Assembly (NCBI RefSeq): GCF_963853765.1
Contig: NC_088860.1
Coordinates: forward strand, 40,176,001-40,240,000
From: Magallana gigas
Lineage: Eukaryota
DNA length: 64,000 nt
Direction: 5' to 3'
This document shows, in pieces, positions 25,901 through 37,537 of the stretch. The first letter of the stretch is position 1. Each line of letters opens with the position of its first letter. The notes beneath the pieces are model-generated. The model was not told where the DNA came from. It was given only the letters and a program-made list of their open reading frames with translations, and did not search any database. A program made the translations under genes and the position numbers.

Positions 25901-26655
25901 GTATACATGTAGAATATGTTACTAAATCTAGTAAATGTATTGAAACTCGTTCTAGAAAAAATCAAACTAAAAATTGCACTAGGTGCACAGGGGCATCGTA
26001 TCCGCTCTACATTCTATTACATATGCCCCGTGCTAGGTGACATTTCTTTGCTTTAGAATATTCCTTGGATTATTTTTATTTATATAGTCCTTATTTCATT
26101 CAGATTGACACTCAACGTGCTCAAAATAAGTTATAGTCCAGTCAACTGGTCGATGAACGCCCAAGTTCGCAAAAACCCAAATCAAATTGCAAAAGATTTA
26201 TTTTTTTCACTGTATCTTTTGAATTACATATAAAGTGATTATTCAAAGGGAAAAAGTCTTCACGAAATAGGGTAAAGTGGTTTTTTATTTTCTCTACGCT
26301 GCACTAAAACAACTTTTATTCTTGATCCTTCGTAATTTTCGAACAAGTTAACCAACCCGAAGATTGTCAATCTTTGTACGAGTTAACTTAATCTGCAAAT
26401 CCATGTAAACAAACTCGAAAACTGTATCCAGTTTTTGAGGTATGTTTTGTATCATTTTGGTTAAAATAATTGATATTTTATGCAAAACAAACAATTATTT
26501 GATTATCATATCTCTGTGATATTCATTTTATCACTGGTCACGATTTGTCAAACTTTTCTGTAAACCGAATTTCCTCCATTTGAAATACCTTTGTATAACC
26601 AATATATTTACATTTTTCTCTATGAAGCTGATTGAAAGATATAAAATCTTGCAAG

Positions 26656-28083
26656 ATGACAGATCTACAAGATGAATTTTCCATTGACATTGATGAAACG
26701 AGAGCAAACAGTGGAGGGCCAGCCATTAATCTCTTCAATGTGGACATGAAATATCAATCTATAGACTTTACTACTACAGAAAACCCTAGCATTCAACAGG
26801 ATGAGAACACAGAGGGAGATAACATTACTAGTAATAGGAGTGTTACTCCCCCTGCCCCGTCATTAGACATATTTGATTTTGATATGAAATACACAGAAGA
26901 TCCTTCCGAGGAACACTTTAAAGTATCAGAAAATGTAGATGTTGTAGTGTCCCCAGCACCTCAACTCAAGGGCATTGATTTTACCAGCTTCTCAAATACG
27001 GAGGAAACAAAAAGGACTTCTCAATCTGAAACAAATTCAGTGTCCCAAAATGAGGGGAAAACAATGGATCAGAATTCAGTAGAGAAGACGGCTACTTCCC
27101 AAAATGCTCAGAAATCGGTGCTGATGCAGAGCGTGCTCCAGAAAATTAAGACGACGCAGACCGGTGGAGACAGTCAGGTGGTCCAGGTGGAGAAAAAGGT
27201 GACAGAGGTGAAAGTGATGCACACCGAGAAGGTAGGTGTAACATTAATGTAGCATTCACCATGATATGCATAAACATTTGACTGGGCAACATGTTTTGAA
27301 GCATAGTATTGTATTGAAAATATGATTGGTGCACATGTTGAGCATTATACAAATTTGTAAATGATAAAATGTTTTGGTTGGTCTACTCTTTTCCACCCCA
27401 CCCCAGATTTTACCCTACCCCCCTACTCACCCCCACCCCCCCCCCCCCCAATAAAAAATTAAAATAAAAAATTTGAATAAAAAAAAAATTGTGAAGACAG
27501 GAAAAAAAATAGTGTATACCTAAACCCAATAATTTAATTCCATAAAAACAAATGATATCAAGATAGAATCCTTGAAGAAAATCAGGTGGTAACAAATCTG
27601 TGTAAGCTTGACTTCAATTTTTATCATTAACTAATTTTTTTTCACTTGAAAAATATCATTTTTTTTTTGTAGAGATTACAAGAGACCACCAGCACATTGA
27701 TAATTGAAAACAGTGTTAAAATGAAGAACAATGAAGACTCTGATGAGGAATTTGATTTTGACACACCCACTACCAAAACTAGTGAGAGGTCTCAGAATTC
27801 TGATAGCCAGAAACATAAAGAAACCCAAGCATCCATGACAGCAAAGTCTAAAGCAGTCTCAGAAACCTCACCTCTTTTTGAAAATGCAGAAAAACAGCCC
27901 CCAATGACGTCAGTTACGATAGATCCAGAGATTAAAGCTAGTCCAGCAGTTGGTGTTGTACAGAAGGCACCAACATCAACCAGTGAAGGACTTACCCAGG
28001 GTTTACCGGAGAAAAGTGTGGCAGCAAAGTTCATAGGACAGTCTCAAACTGTCAGTGAAATAGGGCATGCTGTACTGAAACAG

Positions 28084-28139
<56 letters not shown>

Positions 28140-31100
28140 AAGCATGTGGGTTATAAGTTTAAAAAAATATATACTACATGATTATTAAAAGAAGATACTG
28201 GTAGACGTTTAAACAATCCCTGAGACCTAAAAATGGAACTTAGGTTCGATGCTTAGGCATGTTGATTTAGATTTTGGTACCAATGAAATGATTTTTGTTT
28301 TTTATGGTTAAATATAATTATTTTGTATTTTTGATTAAAATTCTATAAATTTTAGATTGAATTTGCCACTTGCTTTGTAAAAAAAAAAAGCAGTTGAAAC
28401 AAATTTTAAATTAAAATAAGGATTGCATACTCAATGAAATGCCATATTGAGATAACTTATAGCTTTCTTTAGGAAAAGAAATAAAAATTTATAAAATATG
28501 TTGATATTTAGACAATAATCTGCAATTCATTATTTTGTTTGTATATACATGAATATAGGTTTGTGAGAATGGAACAGTATCAGAAATGGCCCACGTCCAA
28601 AATAATGTTGAAGATGAATGGGACAAAGTCCAGACAATTGAAGCAGGTAGTCATCACACTGCAATTCCATCATATGTTAATACTATTATACTTTAAGAAT
28701 GTTAATTCTTCAATCAATTTTTGAAAAAAAATAAGCTGAGAATATACTCCTTGTTGCATGAATATGGCAAAAGTTTTCACCATATACAATTAAGATATTT
28801 ACAGTGTTACATTAGTTAATTTTGAAAGTTTTTTTTAATGTTTGTTTCCTTTTTTCTAGGGTTTGTAGATGAGAATGACACCAAAAAGAAAGGTAATCCT
28901 CTACAAATGTAGTTGGCGCTTGCTGAAAAGCTGTAAAACTTCTCCTCAACAGATCAAAATTTTAAACAGACCCGAGTTCGATCCCTATGATCGACAGTGG
29001 TTGTATGTGATAGGGTATGGTGGTCGCACGCTTGAACACATGGGTTCTCTCTGGGTACTCCGGCTTCTTCCCACACCAATGACCCCCTTGCGCTAACATC
29101 CGGGCCAGCAAGAGATATTAATTTCAGTTGTAGAACTTGCTTATCAATCGTTGTAAAATAAATAAAGTTTAGTTTAGTAAGATTTTGGGATGGTTATGAT
29201 TTGTTTAGCTATAAACTATCATTTAGCAAAGAAAAAGTCCACATTTTTCAGCTTTAAAATTTGAAATATTTTGCTATTACCTTCATATAGAATTCTTCCT
29301 CTTAAGGAAATTTAATTTATTATAGTCTGAAATTTGCCATGATCATCAAACCCTCTTGATTTTATTGATATATTTGATTACTTTGGACAGAGAGTGTTGT
29401 GACGAATGTACCATTGCTGTCGTACTACGAAATGTCAGAACATTTGGGCACACAGGATTTTTCAGGAGTAAAGGTATTATTCGATCAGTACTCCCTCCCC
29501 CCCCCCCCCCCCCCCCCATGCCAACTTAAAACAGCTTCTCTCGTCCTTTAAATTACCCTACTTAGCTATTCAACATCATGCACATTTAAAAAAAAACCAT
29601 TTAAGATACAATTATATGTCTCATAATACTGAATATGAGTTACGTAAAGTACATGTATTTTGTTTATCAGAATTTTGTTTATTTAAGGAATACAGATTGT
29701 TTTTTTTTAAAGCTAATTGTTGAAAAACAATTGAATTTAGCAGATTAAATGGAGTAGGATAAGTTTTTCTTAATGGAAACACAAATTTTCACCTCGCAGT
29801 AGTTACTGCTAATTTTATTTATTTATCGATTGAGGGACAAAACTGCACGTAGCCACGTATGCGGCAATATATTTAAAGTACATCGATATCATTATACATG
29901 TAACTTACATAATGGTTTTAATATTTATTTAATTGAAAACAGCTGATGAGTAAACATCTTAACTTCTACTTCAAGAAAATGTGCCACTTCCCTTTAAGGC
30001 TCATTACCAAGTCTTATGATTGTCTTAATCTATATGCAGATATTTCCTTATTATTTTTACATGTGAAAATACAAATGGGTTTGAGGATTTTGTGAAGATC
30101 TCCTTATGTTAAGATCTCCTTAAACATCTGTTACTTCCACATTCATAAGTATAACCACCCATAGCTTAATAAAGAAAAATTAATCTAAAAACAGATTTTT
30201 ACATGTTAGTAATAAGAATATAGGGAAGAAAGTATTCCAGCACATTTATTATTTTTTGCATCTAATATAGTATCTGTAAGTGTTAACCATTAAGTGAGCG
30301 GGCTAATTTATCACCATTGCCCATATCTATTTCCAGCATTAATGATGAATATACATGTAGCATGCTTTTGATTTCTGTAAATTTTTAAAGTGGTTATTTA
30401 CACTGGTGGTTAGGTACACGTTTTCAATGGTCAAACAATATGCGTGGGTATTAAATACGCGTATGCGTGATTGCCCACACTAACATTTTAATTTTTTCAC
30501 TATACGTGAGGGGGTATTTTACGTGGTTTTAAGCTAACCGCATAACTAAAGTGTAAATTTCCCCCACATGTAAAATAATTAACCCACTTTAATTTGCAGT
30601 ATAAACTTAATGTTGCATCAGAATATAACTAGCAATAAAACCTCAAATGAATATAATTAACTAAATATGGGTTTCAATATTAATGAGATACATGTATCTA
30701 AGTTTCAATTGTACATCTTAAAGTTATGCATTACTTGCATTATAATTATATCTTTAAATGTTGATCGAGACTGCATCAACATTCATAATGCAGCATCTCT
30801 ATGATTTTATACTGTTGATAAACTAGTACTGCCACAGACTAAGAAAGGTTTAGGGTGTTGGTGAGGAAAAAATATCCTGTAATATAACCTCAACATCTTA
30901 ACCCAAGAAATACCTCCTTTGCCTGAACACACACTTGCACACACCAGTCTCAAGGTCATTGGTAAACAAAAAATATGTACAATAATTTTCAGGATAAGAT
31001 CAGGACAACAGTGGAATATCATGGCTTCTCTAAACTCAAGCACTTCCTGTTTGGACCACCCAAGCTTCACAGAGATCTACACGATGAGAGAGACAGAATA

Positions 31101-34029
31101 TTCTGCATCGCAGCTTGTAAGAGGAAACAGATCAGATTTATCACTGAATCCTATAAAGAAATTTGAAGAGAGCTAGGTTAAATCTAATGTCATGATCAGT
31201 TCATGCTGATGTCTGAACCAATTACTTTGAAACTTAAGCTGTGTAAAGAATCACCTCACATAGAGGCAATTGACGTTTAAATTATGATAAAGAAAACATG
31301 TACATTTAATTTGTTTGGAGATGTATAAAGTAAGGAATGGGGGAGGGGGTATGATTTAACTAATATGTAAATCTTAGTTTAATGTCATTTAAAAATTGAG
31401 GTTGCTATGTAGAAATTACCTGTGATGTAGAATTCGGTAAAGAGTTAGTTACAAATTCCTTTTTAGCTTAGTAGAATGTTAGTTACTGAATTCTGTATTG
31501 TTTTATGACTATTAAGTAAACTTAAAGTTTGGTGGAGAGTTAGTTGCAGGTTTCTGTGTTATTGTTTTGTAGCTGTGCTGGAGAACTCGGACCAGATCCA
31601 CGTTCGGTCCCTACAGACAATCTACCGCAGCCTCACCGGGTCAAGGTTCGACTGCCCTCGCTATGGCAACCATTGGGAGGAAATCGGATTTCAGGGTATC
31701 AAGAGTTTCATTTATTAATTAATGAATTAATCAGGCTAGATCGAAGGAGGATCAACTTTGAGGGTGTTTGGTTACATTGAAACAGGTGTCTGCTTTTACA
31801 AATTGACCATTTTGTTTCCTTTTCAGGCAGGGATCCAGCCACTGACCTGAGGGGTGTTGGTCTGCTAGGACTGTTACACCTGGTTTACCTGTTGCGTGAT
31901 GCTAAGCGACAGGTGTTGGCCAGTGAGATCTACAAGCTCTCCCTCCATCCTACTCAGGTAATATACAAACTGTACAGTAGCTGGAACTCATAACAGAAAT
32001 ATTTACCAACGATTAAATCAATTTTTATCAGAGTTGTTTTAACTACGGTATCCTTAGTAGTTAGTTACATTGATATTGACAAACTACTTTAAAACAAAAA
32101 ATTTTTTTTATAAAACTTAATTTAGTACTTTTTTTTTCTGTATTCCAGAACTTTCCGTTTTGTGTCATGTCCATTAACCTTACAAGGATTGCTCTTCAAG
32201 CCCTGAGAGAAGGCTGTCTCAACAAGTGAGGAATAATTATAAACATTACTTTGTATAGAGGGTCACTTCTGTCCATGCTGCTTTTGCTGAATCTCTTTTT
32301 TAATGAGTCAGTGTGTATATAAATAAATTCATTGCATGTAAAGAAAGATAACTCTGTCATACCGAGAGGGAAGCAGGAAATGTTTCCGATTGGTTAATAC
32401 ATTAATATATTAATAATCATTGATCACCGGATATAAAACAATGCATATCAGTACACATAGGATTTTTGTCATGAATGCTGTAAAAACAAATAATATGCAC
32501 AGAGGCAAAACAATGAATAGCTTTTACATGTAAATTATAATATATAAATGAATTTCAAATTACCATTATTCATTAAGAGTGTATGTTGCTACTTTGAATT
32601 TAGAGAAATGAATACTAACACATTGTTCTGACTTTACCAGAGAGAAATGAATACTTACACATTGTTCTGATTTTACCAGAGAGTGCAATAAACAGAGGGA
32701 CGTCCTGGCCCTGATGTGTGACTTCTACACCGGCCTCTACCTACAGATGTACCAGGTGTGGAAGTCCCAGGGGAAGACCATCACAGACTCAGGGTTTGTC
32801 CTACAGCGTAAGTACTAGTACTAATATCTTATATATACATGTAGAACATGTAGAGTCAGGAATATGGCATTTATTCTAGGTCTGAAATGTGGGTTAATTA
32901 ATCTGTCAGCTTGATTAGAAAGTGCTGGATTCATGTGCAAGAGTTGCTGGGTTCAAACCCCAGCAAAGGCAATAACTGTCTCTGTTACATACAGTGCCCC
33001 ACATTAAGACTTGGGTATTCTCTTGTGGGTGAGACAGGTTGTCACTTATGCATTGCCTCACAGGTTTTGGCAGCCCGAAAGAGTCGCGAGTAGAACTCTT
33101 TCACAGGAAGGCGGACAATGTGGCAGAGTCAGGTATATAGCATTCCTACTAGATCTGATTAGTGGGTTAATCCTTTAGCTTGATCAGAGAGTGCTGGTTT
33201 TGTGTGCCAGAGGACCTGGGTTCATGCACCAGCAGTGACATTAACATTACTACATGTACATGTAATATTTAGGGATGTCAATGAGTACTCGACTATCGCT
33301 CGATCACACCGAACATTGACTAAAATTTTCTTAGCCGATTATTCGTAATAAAGTAAACAAAATTAAAAAAAGAATATCATTTATTTTTTCTTAACGGGGC
33401 AGTTTTTGAGCTAAAAAAAATAGTTTTTTCTCTCTCTTCGATCTGTAAGGTACATTCTCTTCCATTGGTTTCCCTGTTGTATTCTTGAAGCGGCTAATGA
33501 TTTATCTCTTTTGAATGACTTACGCAGACATATACTTGAGAACAATTTGTGTTATTTAGTTATTTATTAGATTAGATGTTTGCATAATCAAAAATTCAAT
33601 CATATCAATAATTATCTCAAGGCGTTTGTTTTTATAAGCATTAATCTTTCATTATTGATTAAACACGTATTAAGTTATTTAATTAAAATGAAGCAGGTCA
33701 CATTTGATTTGCCAAGTAAGAATAAATCATACCAGCCATAAGTTGTATCGTGTAAATAAACACAGAAACATTACATGATTCAAGCCATTTAAATAATTCT
33801 CAGCAAATGTGTGTATTTTTGTGAGGATCTTTAAATGTGTCCTATATTTGTCATCTTTTCGTGCATGGCAGACATAGAAACTCATGGCAAGAAGCATCCT
33901 CATGCAGTACTGAAAAATCTAGAGGAGTACCTGGCCAAGAAGAAATCGGCAGCCAACCTGGAGAATGTCAACCTCGGAGAGGAACAGTTTATGAGTGTTG
34001 TAGACTCAGAAACAGCCGGACATTACTGA
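26656..34029 (+). CDS. ELMOD3: ELMO domain-containing protein 3 (ARL2-GAP family), 643 aa with a long low-complexity N-terminus
   Basis: Eleven exons with matching phases: 26656-27231, 27673-28083, 28559-28646, 28860-28892, 29391-29473, 30993-31116, 31573-31695, 31827-31957, 32149-32225, 32680-32807, 33872-34029 (1932 nt). Motifs [60 protein letters not shown] and [10 protein letters not shown] match ELMOD3. Confidence 0.95.
28087..28136. repeat. (AG)n microsatellite
   Basis: Starts within the GTAAGAG donor of ELMOD3 coding exon 2. Confidence 0.99.
28971..29178 (+). mobile_element. tRNA-derived SINE with a V-domain-like core (5' head eroded)
   Basis: B-box CCGAGTTCGATCCC, core gggttctctctgggtactccggcttcttcccacacc typical of V-SINEs, and tail aataaataaagtttagtttagt. 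Confidence 0.7.
32849..33254 (+). mobile_element. TRIM-like miniature LTR element with tRNA-like sequence inside both terminal repeats
   Basis: Diverged direct repeats 32849-32989 and 33119-33254, both TG...CA. Each has an A-box-like agcttgatt/cag and a B-box-like gggttca. The 129-bp internal region ends in a purine-rich tract (aggaaggcggacaa). No clear TSD. Confidence 0.6.
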
Positions 34030-34932
34030 GGCCCCAGAAGGAGGGGGGAGTTTTATTTTTATATGGGGGGGGGGGGGGGTGGGGGGTGGTTTATTTTTAC
34101 ATATGGGGGGGGGGGGGGGGTTAGGGTTGTTATAGCGTTCCATGTATCATACTCCTTTAATTAAATGAGTGATCTGTTGCTTACACAGCATGATTTCATA
34201 GAATAGTCCACAGTTGAATGTTTCATTGAATGTATTTGAAGTGTTTTCAATTTATTAGTATTTTGTATATGTACTCTTGTGCAGTTCATGTAATATTTAT
34301 AAAACTTTTGTTATTTAAGTTATATTTAGCTTAATTAGTCATGGTGCAATATTGTGATTTAATCTACAAACATGACATTTATCAAACAGTAGAAGAGTTG
34401 CATTAGCTAATGAATGGACCATTTACAGTATACGTGATAGCTAGGATAAGCTTAGGAGGAGATAATTGAATAATGAACAAAGGGAACAGCTGATGTAGTT
34501 TTGTACACTCTACAAGTGATAAGCATAAAATCACAAGTCATTTTAAATTACATGACTTTTTGTAATTTTTTTGTAAATAAAATTAACTTTAAGGTTGAGG
34601 TAGCTCATGTTTTTGACAAAATTTATTCCTGCAAAACATGCCAGTGGCCAATATGTGCACATGGAATTAAGAGCCCATATACTTCCGGAAAATAGGGTAA
34701 ATGATGTTACATCAACCTAAATAATATGAAAGACTTTGTACTGATATATGAAATGGTACATATATAGTAAGTAAATCAAAATATGACAGGGTACATATTG
34801 TACATGTACCAAAAATATGAAATGGTATATACATTGGTGTACGTATATATACTGATAAATGAGATTTCTTTAACTGCATGGGTTGTTATTTTGAAATATG
34901 ATTGTACATGTAATTGTGAATGTACAATTTAT

Positions 34933-34935
<3 letters not shown>

Positions 34936-34977
<42 letters not shown>
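34936..34977. repeat. (AG)n microsatellite downstream of the ELMOD3 stop codon
   Basis: Perfect AG run. Confidence 0.99.
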
Positions 34978-34980
<3 letters not shown>

Positions 34981-36046
34981 TTAGATTTAAAAAAAAATCA
35001 TATTGTTATATTTCCTTTACATATTTATCAGTGATCGTTTTTTTGAACATGTTCTATGGAGCTAGCAAATATTCTTCCAGATGAGAGAATTCAGATGTAA
35101 TTTTAATTTTATTTCACCTGATGATATGTATGAATTTTTTTTTTAGAACTTGTATCGTCAATGGATATATTTTCTTTAACCATTGTTTTTTTGGTTTCAT
35201 TAAGTATTCCGTCCATGGTTTCTGTGTTGTATTTTATTTTAATCGATCTTGTGCCTGACTCTTACATGTTTAGGTTCATAAAAGGTCAGCTTACTTTAAT
35301 TATTTATTACTGTGACTGTGTTTTTATTGTATCTGTTTAAAACATTAAATTAAAACATAAGCAAACTTAATAATTCTTTGTGTTGTTTTTTTCCCTCTAA
35401 TTGAAGTGGCATTTTAGCAAATAATTTTTTGTTTAATTGAATTTGACATTTTAGCAAGGAATTTTTTATTTAATTTAATTTGGCATTTTAGCAAAGAATT
35501 TTTTATTTAATTTGATTTTTTGGAGGAGGATGGGCCGGTGTGCTGATCGATCTTCTAAACCATGGACAATAAATGTGTGGATAGAATTCAGTTGGGGGTA
35601 TAATGTTTTTCTTTGTGTATGTGTATGTGTGTGTGTGGGGGGGGGGGTGAGTGTTGCAAATAACCATATTTATTAATAATGAATGACAGAAGGTAAATTC
35701 TTATTTTTCTTGGGAAGGGGGGGGGGGGGGGGCGGTTAGGGTGTATTTTCTTCCGTCTTGATACAAAAACAAAGTCAATGACCCTCCAGGAGACGTCAAG
35801 TCCGGACTTCCTCTGCTCTTATTCCTCCTTCTCCAGGAAGTACAGCTAGAGTATTTCTGGTTGTCTGGAGTGTTTTCCGGACGTTCACTCCTAACAGCGA
35901 CCCAAAGTATAGTCAACGTCTCCTTGAGCATTTAAAACGTGGCAACACACACATAAATAGATTTGACCGATTTGGATAACTTTTTAATTTTGTTTAGAAT
36001 ATAATTTATTGATTGAAGAGTAATTCAATATGCAGTGTATACTTAA

Positions 36047-36286
36047 GGTCTCCGATCCTTGGACTCGAAGTACGCGATTCTTTTGGCACAGATTGTGCAA
36101 AAACCCTGTGTACCAATTAAACTACATGTACTAATTTTGGATAATTAAGAGTTATCAAACATTGTTGAGCATCGGAGAATCTCCGATCCCTAGACTCGAA
36201 GTACGATTCTTTTGGCACAGATTGTGTTAAAACTCTGTGTACCAAATAATTAAGAGTTATCGAACATTGTTGAGCATCGGAGAACG
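36047..36286. mobile_element. TTAA-flanked MITE composed of two tandem units
   Basis: TTAA at 36043-46 and 36287-90. Each unit begins tctccgat and ends atcggaga. The junction at 36171-36187 is the palindrome atcggaga-a-tctccgat. Confidence 0.7.
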
Positions 36287-37537
36287 TTAATCACACGGAC
36301 AGCATCTTAATGGTTTTAAAATCCAATTTAAAATTCATCACTGAAATCTGAGAGCTGAAACTTTTATGTTTGTTCACTCCCCTTTTGATAGTTTTATTAT
36401 CATGATTGTATAATTGAATACACCTCTGGTGATTTAAAACCTGCTTAAAATAAAATTGTTGTTGAATAAATGAATCTGATGTCAATCTCTGAACCTCTGC
36501 ATGTATATAATGAAAACTAATTATACACACAGAGTATTGCACGTTTCTTCAGTTTATATTTTGTAATAATATTCGACTTTGAAAAACGTTGAATGCATGT
36601 TCAAACAAAATCCTACGCTGAACATTAAATTCATGAAAATAAAAGAAGTGCACAAGCATTGTAAAAAAGTTAGTTTTTTTCATTGGTGCAAAATAAATTA
36701 TACTATGGACAATAATTTATTGATTAAATATTTCCTTTTTCTTACAAAACAAATTGATTTTAAAAACTATGACAAAGTGCCAAAATAAATATTGATATGC
36801 ATTGAATAATTTTAAGGATCTATAATTGCATGATTCATTAAGTACATCTTAGTACATCATGTCTGAGCAAAGAGGGGTAACTCAACACTGCTATAAACAA
36901 TACTATCTCACAAGAGTATTGAGTTATCTTTTTTTCAAGAATTATTTATGATAAAAACCTACTCACTGCCATATATTTTGTGATATAGTAGAATGTTTTC
37001 TTGTACTGTACAAACACATGTAACTAAGGGATGTCATAGACTTTATACACGTTTTAGAATGATCATTTTAAAACCATTTCATTTTTAAATACTTTTAGCT
37101 ATAAACACATCTAGGATAGGTGAAAGCTGCCTATTTCCAGTAATTTTTACGTTGGAAATTACTAGTTAATGTTTAAATTCCTAAGACCTCCCTTCCCTTC
37201 CCCGAACCCCTATAGATCCACGCATCTCGACACCCTGCATTTCGATTTATTAAATACCGCAATTTTACAATAGGGTTAAACTCATGCAGGAGACATTTAA
37301 AAGTCCGGTAAACTGCCGTGTTTTGAAGGCGGAACATTTATGCACTGTATTATTTGAAAAGGTTAATGAATATTACAGCAAACCTGAATAAAGTCGGATA
37401 ATCTTTGTATATATCTAAACCCATATCGATTTATTTACCTTCCTTTATAGGTAGATATTGAACAAACATGCTTGTAACCTGCATGAATAAGATAAGCCTT
37501 GCCCATTTAAATGAAAAAAAAAACAGGACAGGTTAAA

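Noticed and set aside
28087-28136. (ER)n / (RE)n peptides in ORFs 27697-28188 and 34783-35034
   Set aside because: Read-through into intronic or UTR (AG)n microsatellites.
33061-33105. Possible hammerhead ribozyme in the TRIM-like interior (gcccgaaagag)
   Set aside because: No CTGANGA core at a compatible position.
35701-35931. 76-aa minus-strand ORF in a GC-rich patch
   Set aside because: No domain motif or convincing splice partners, and the end is driven by a poly-G tract.
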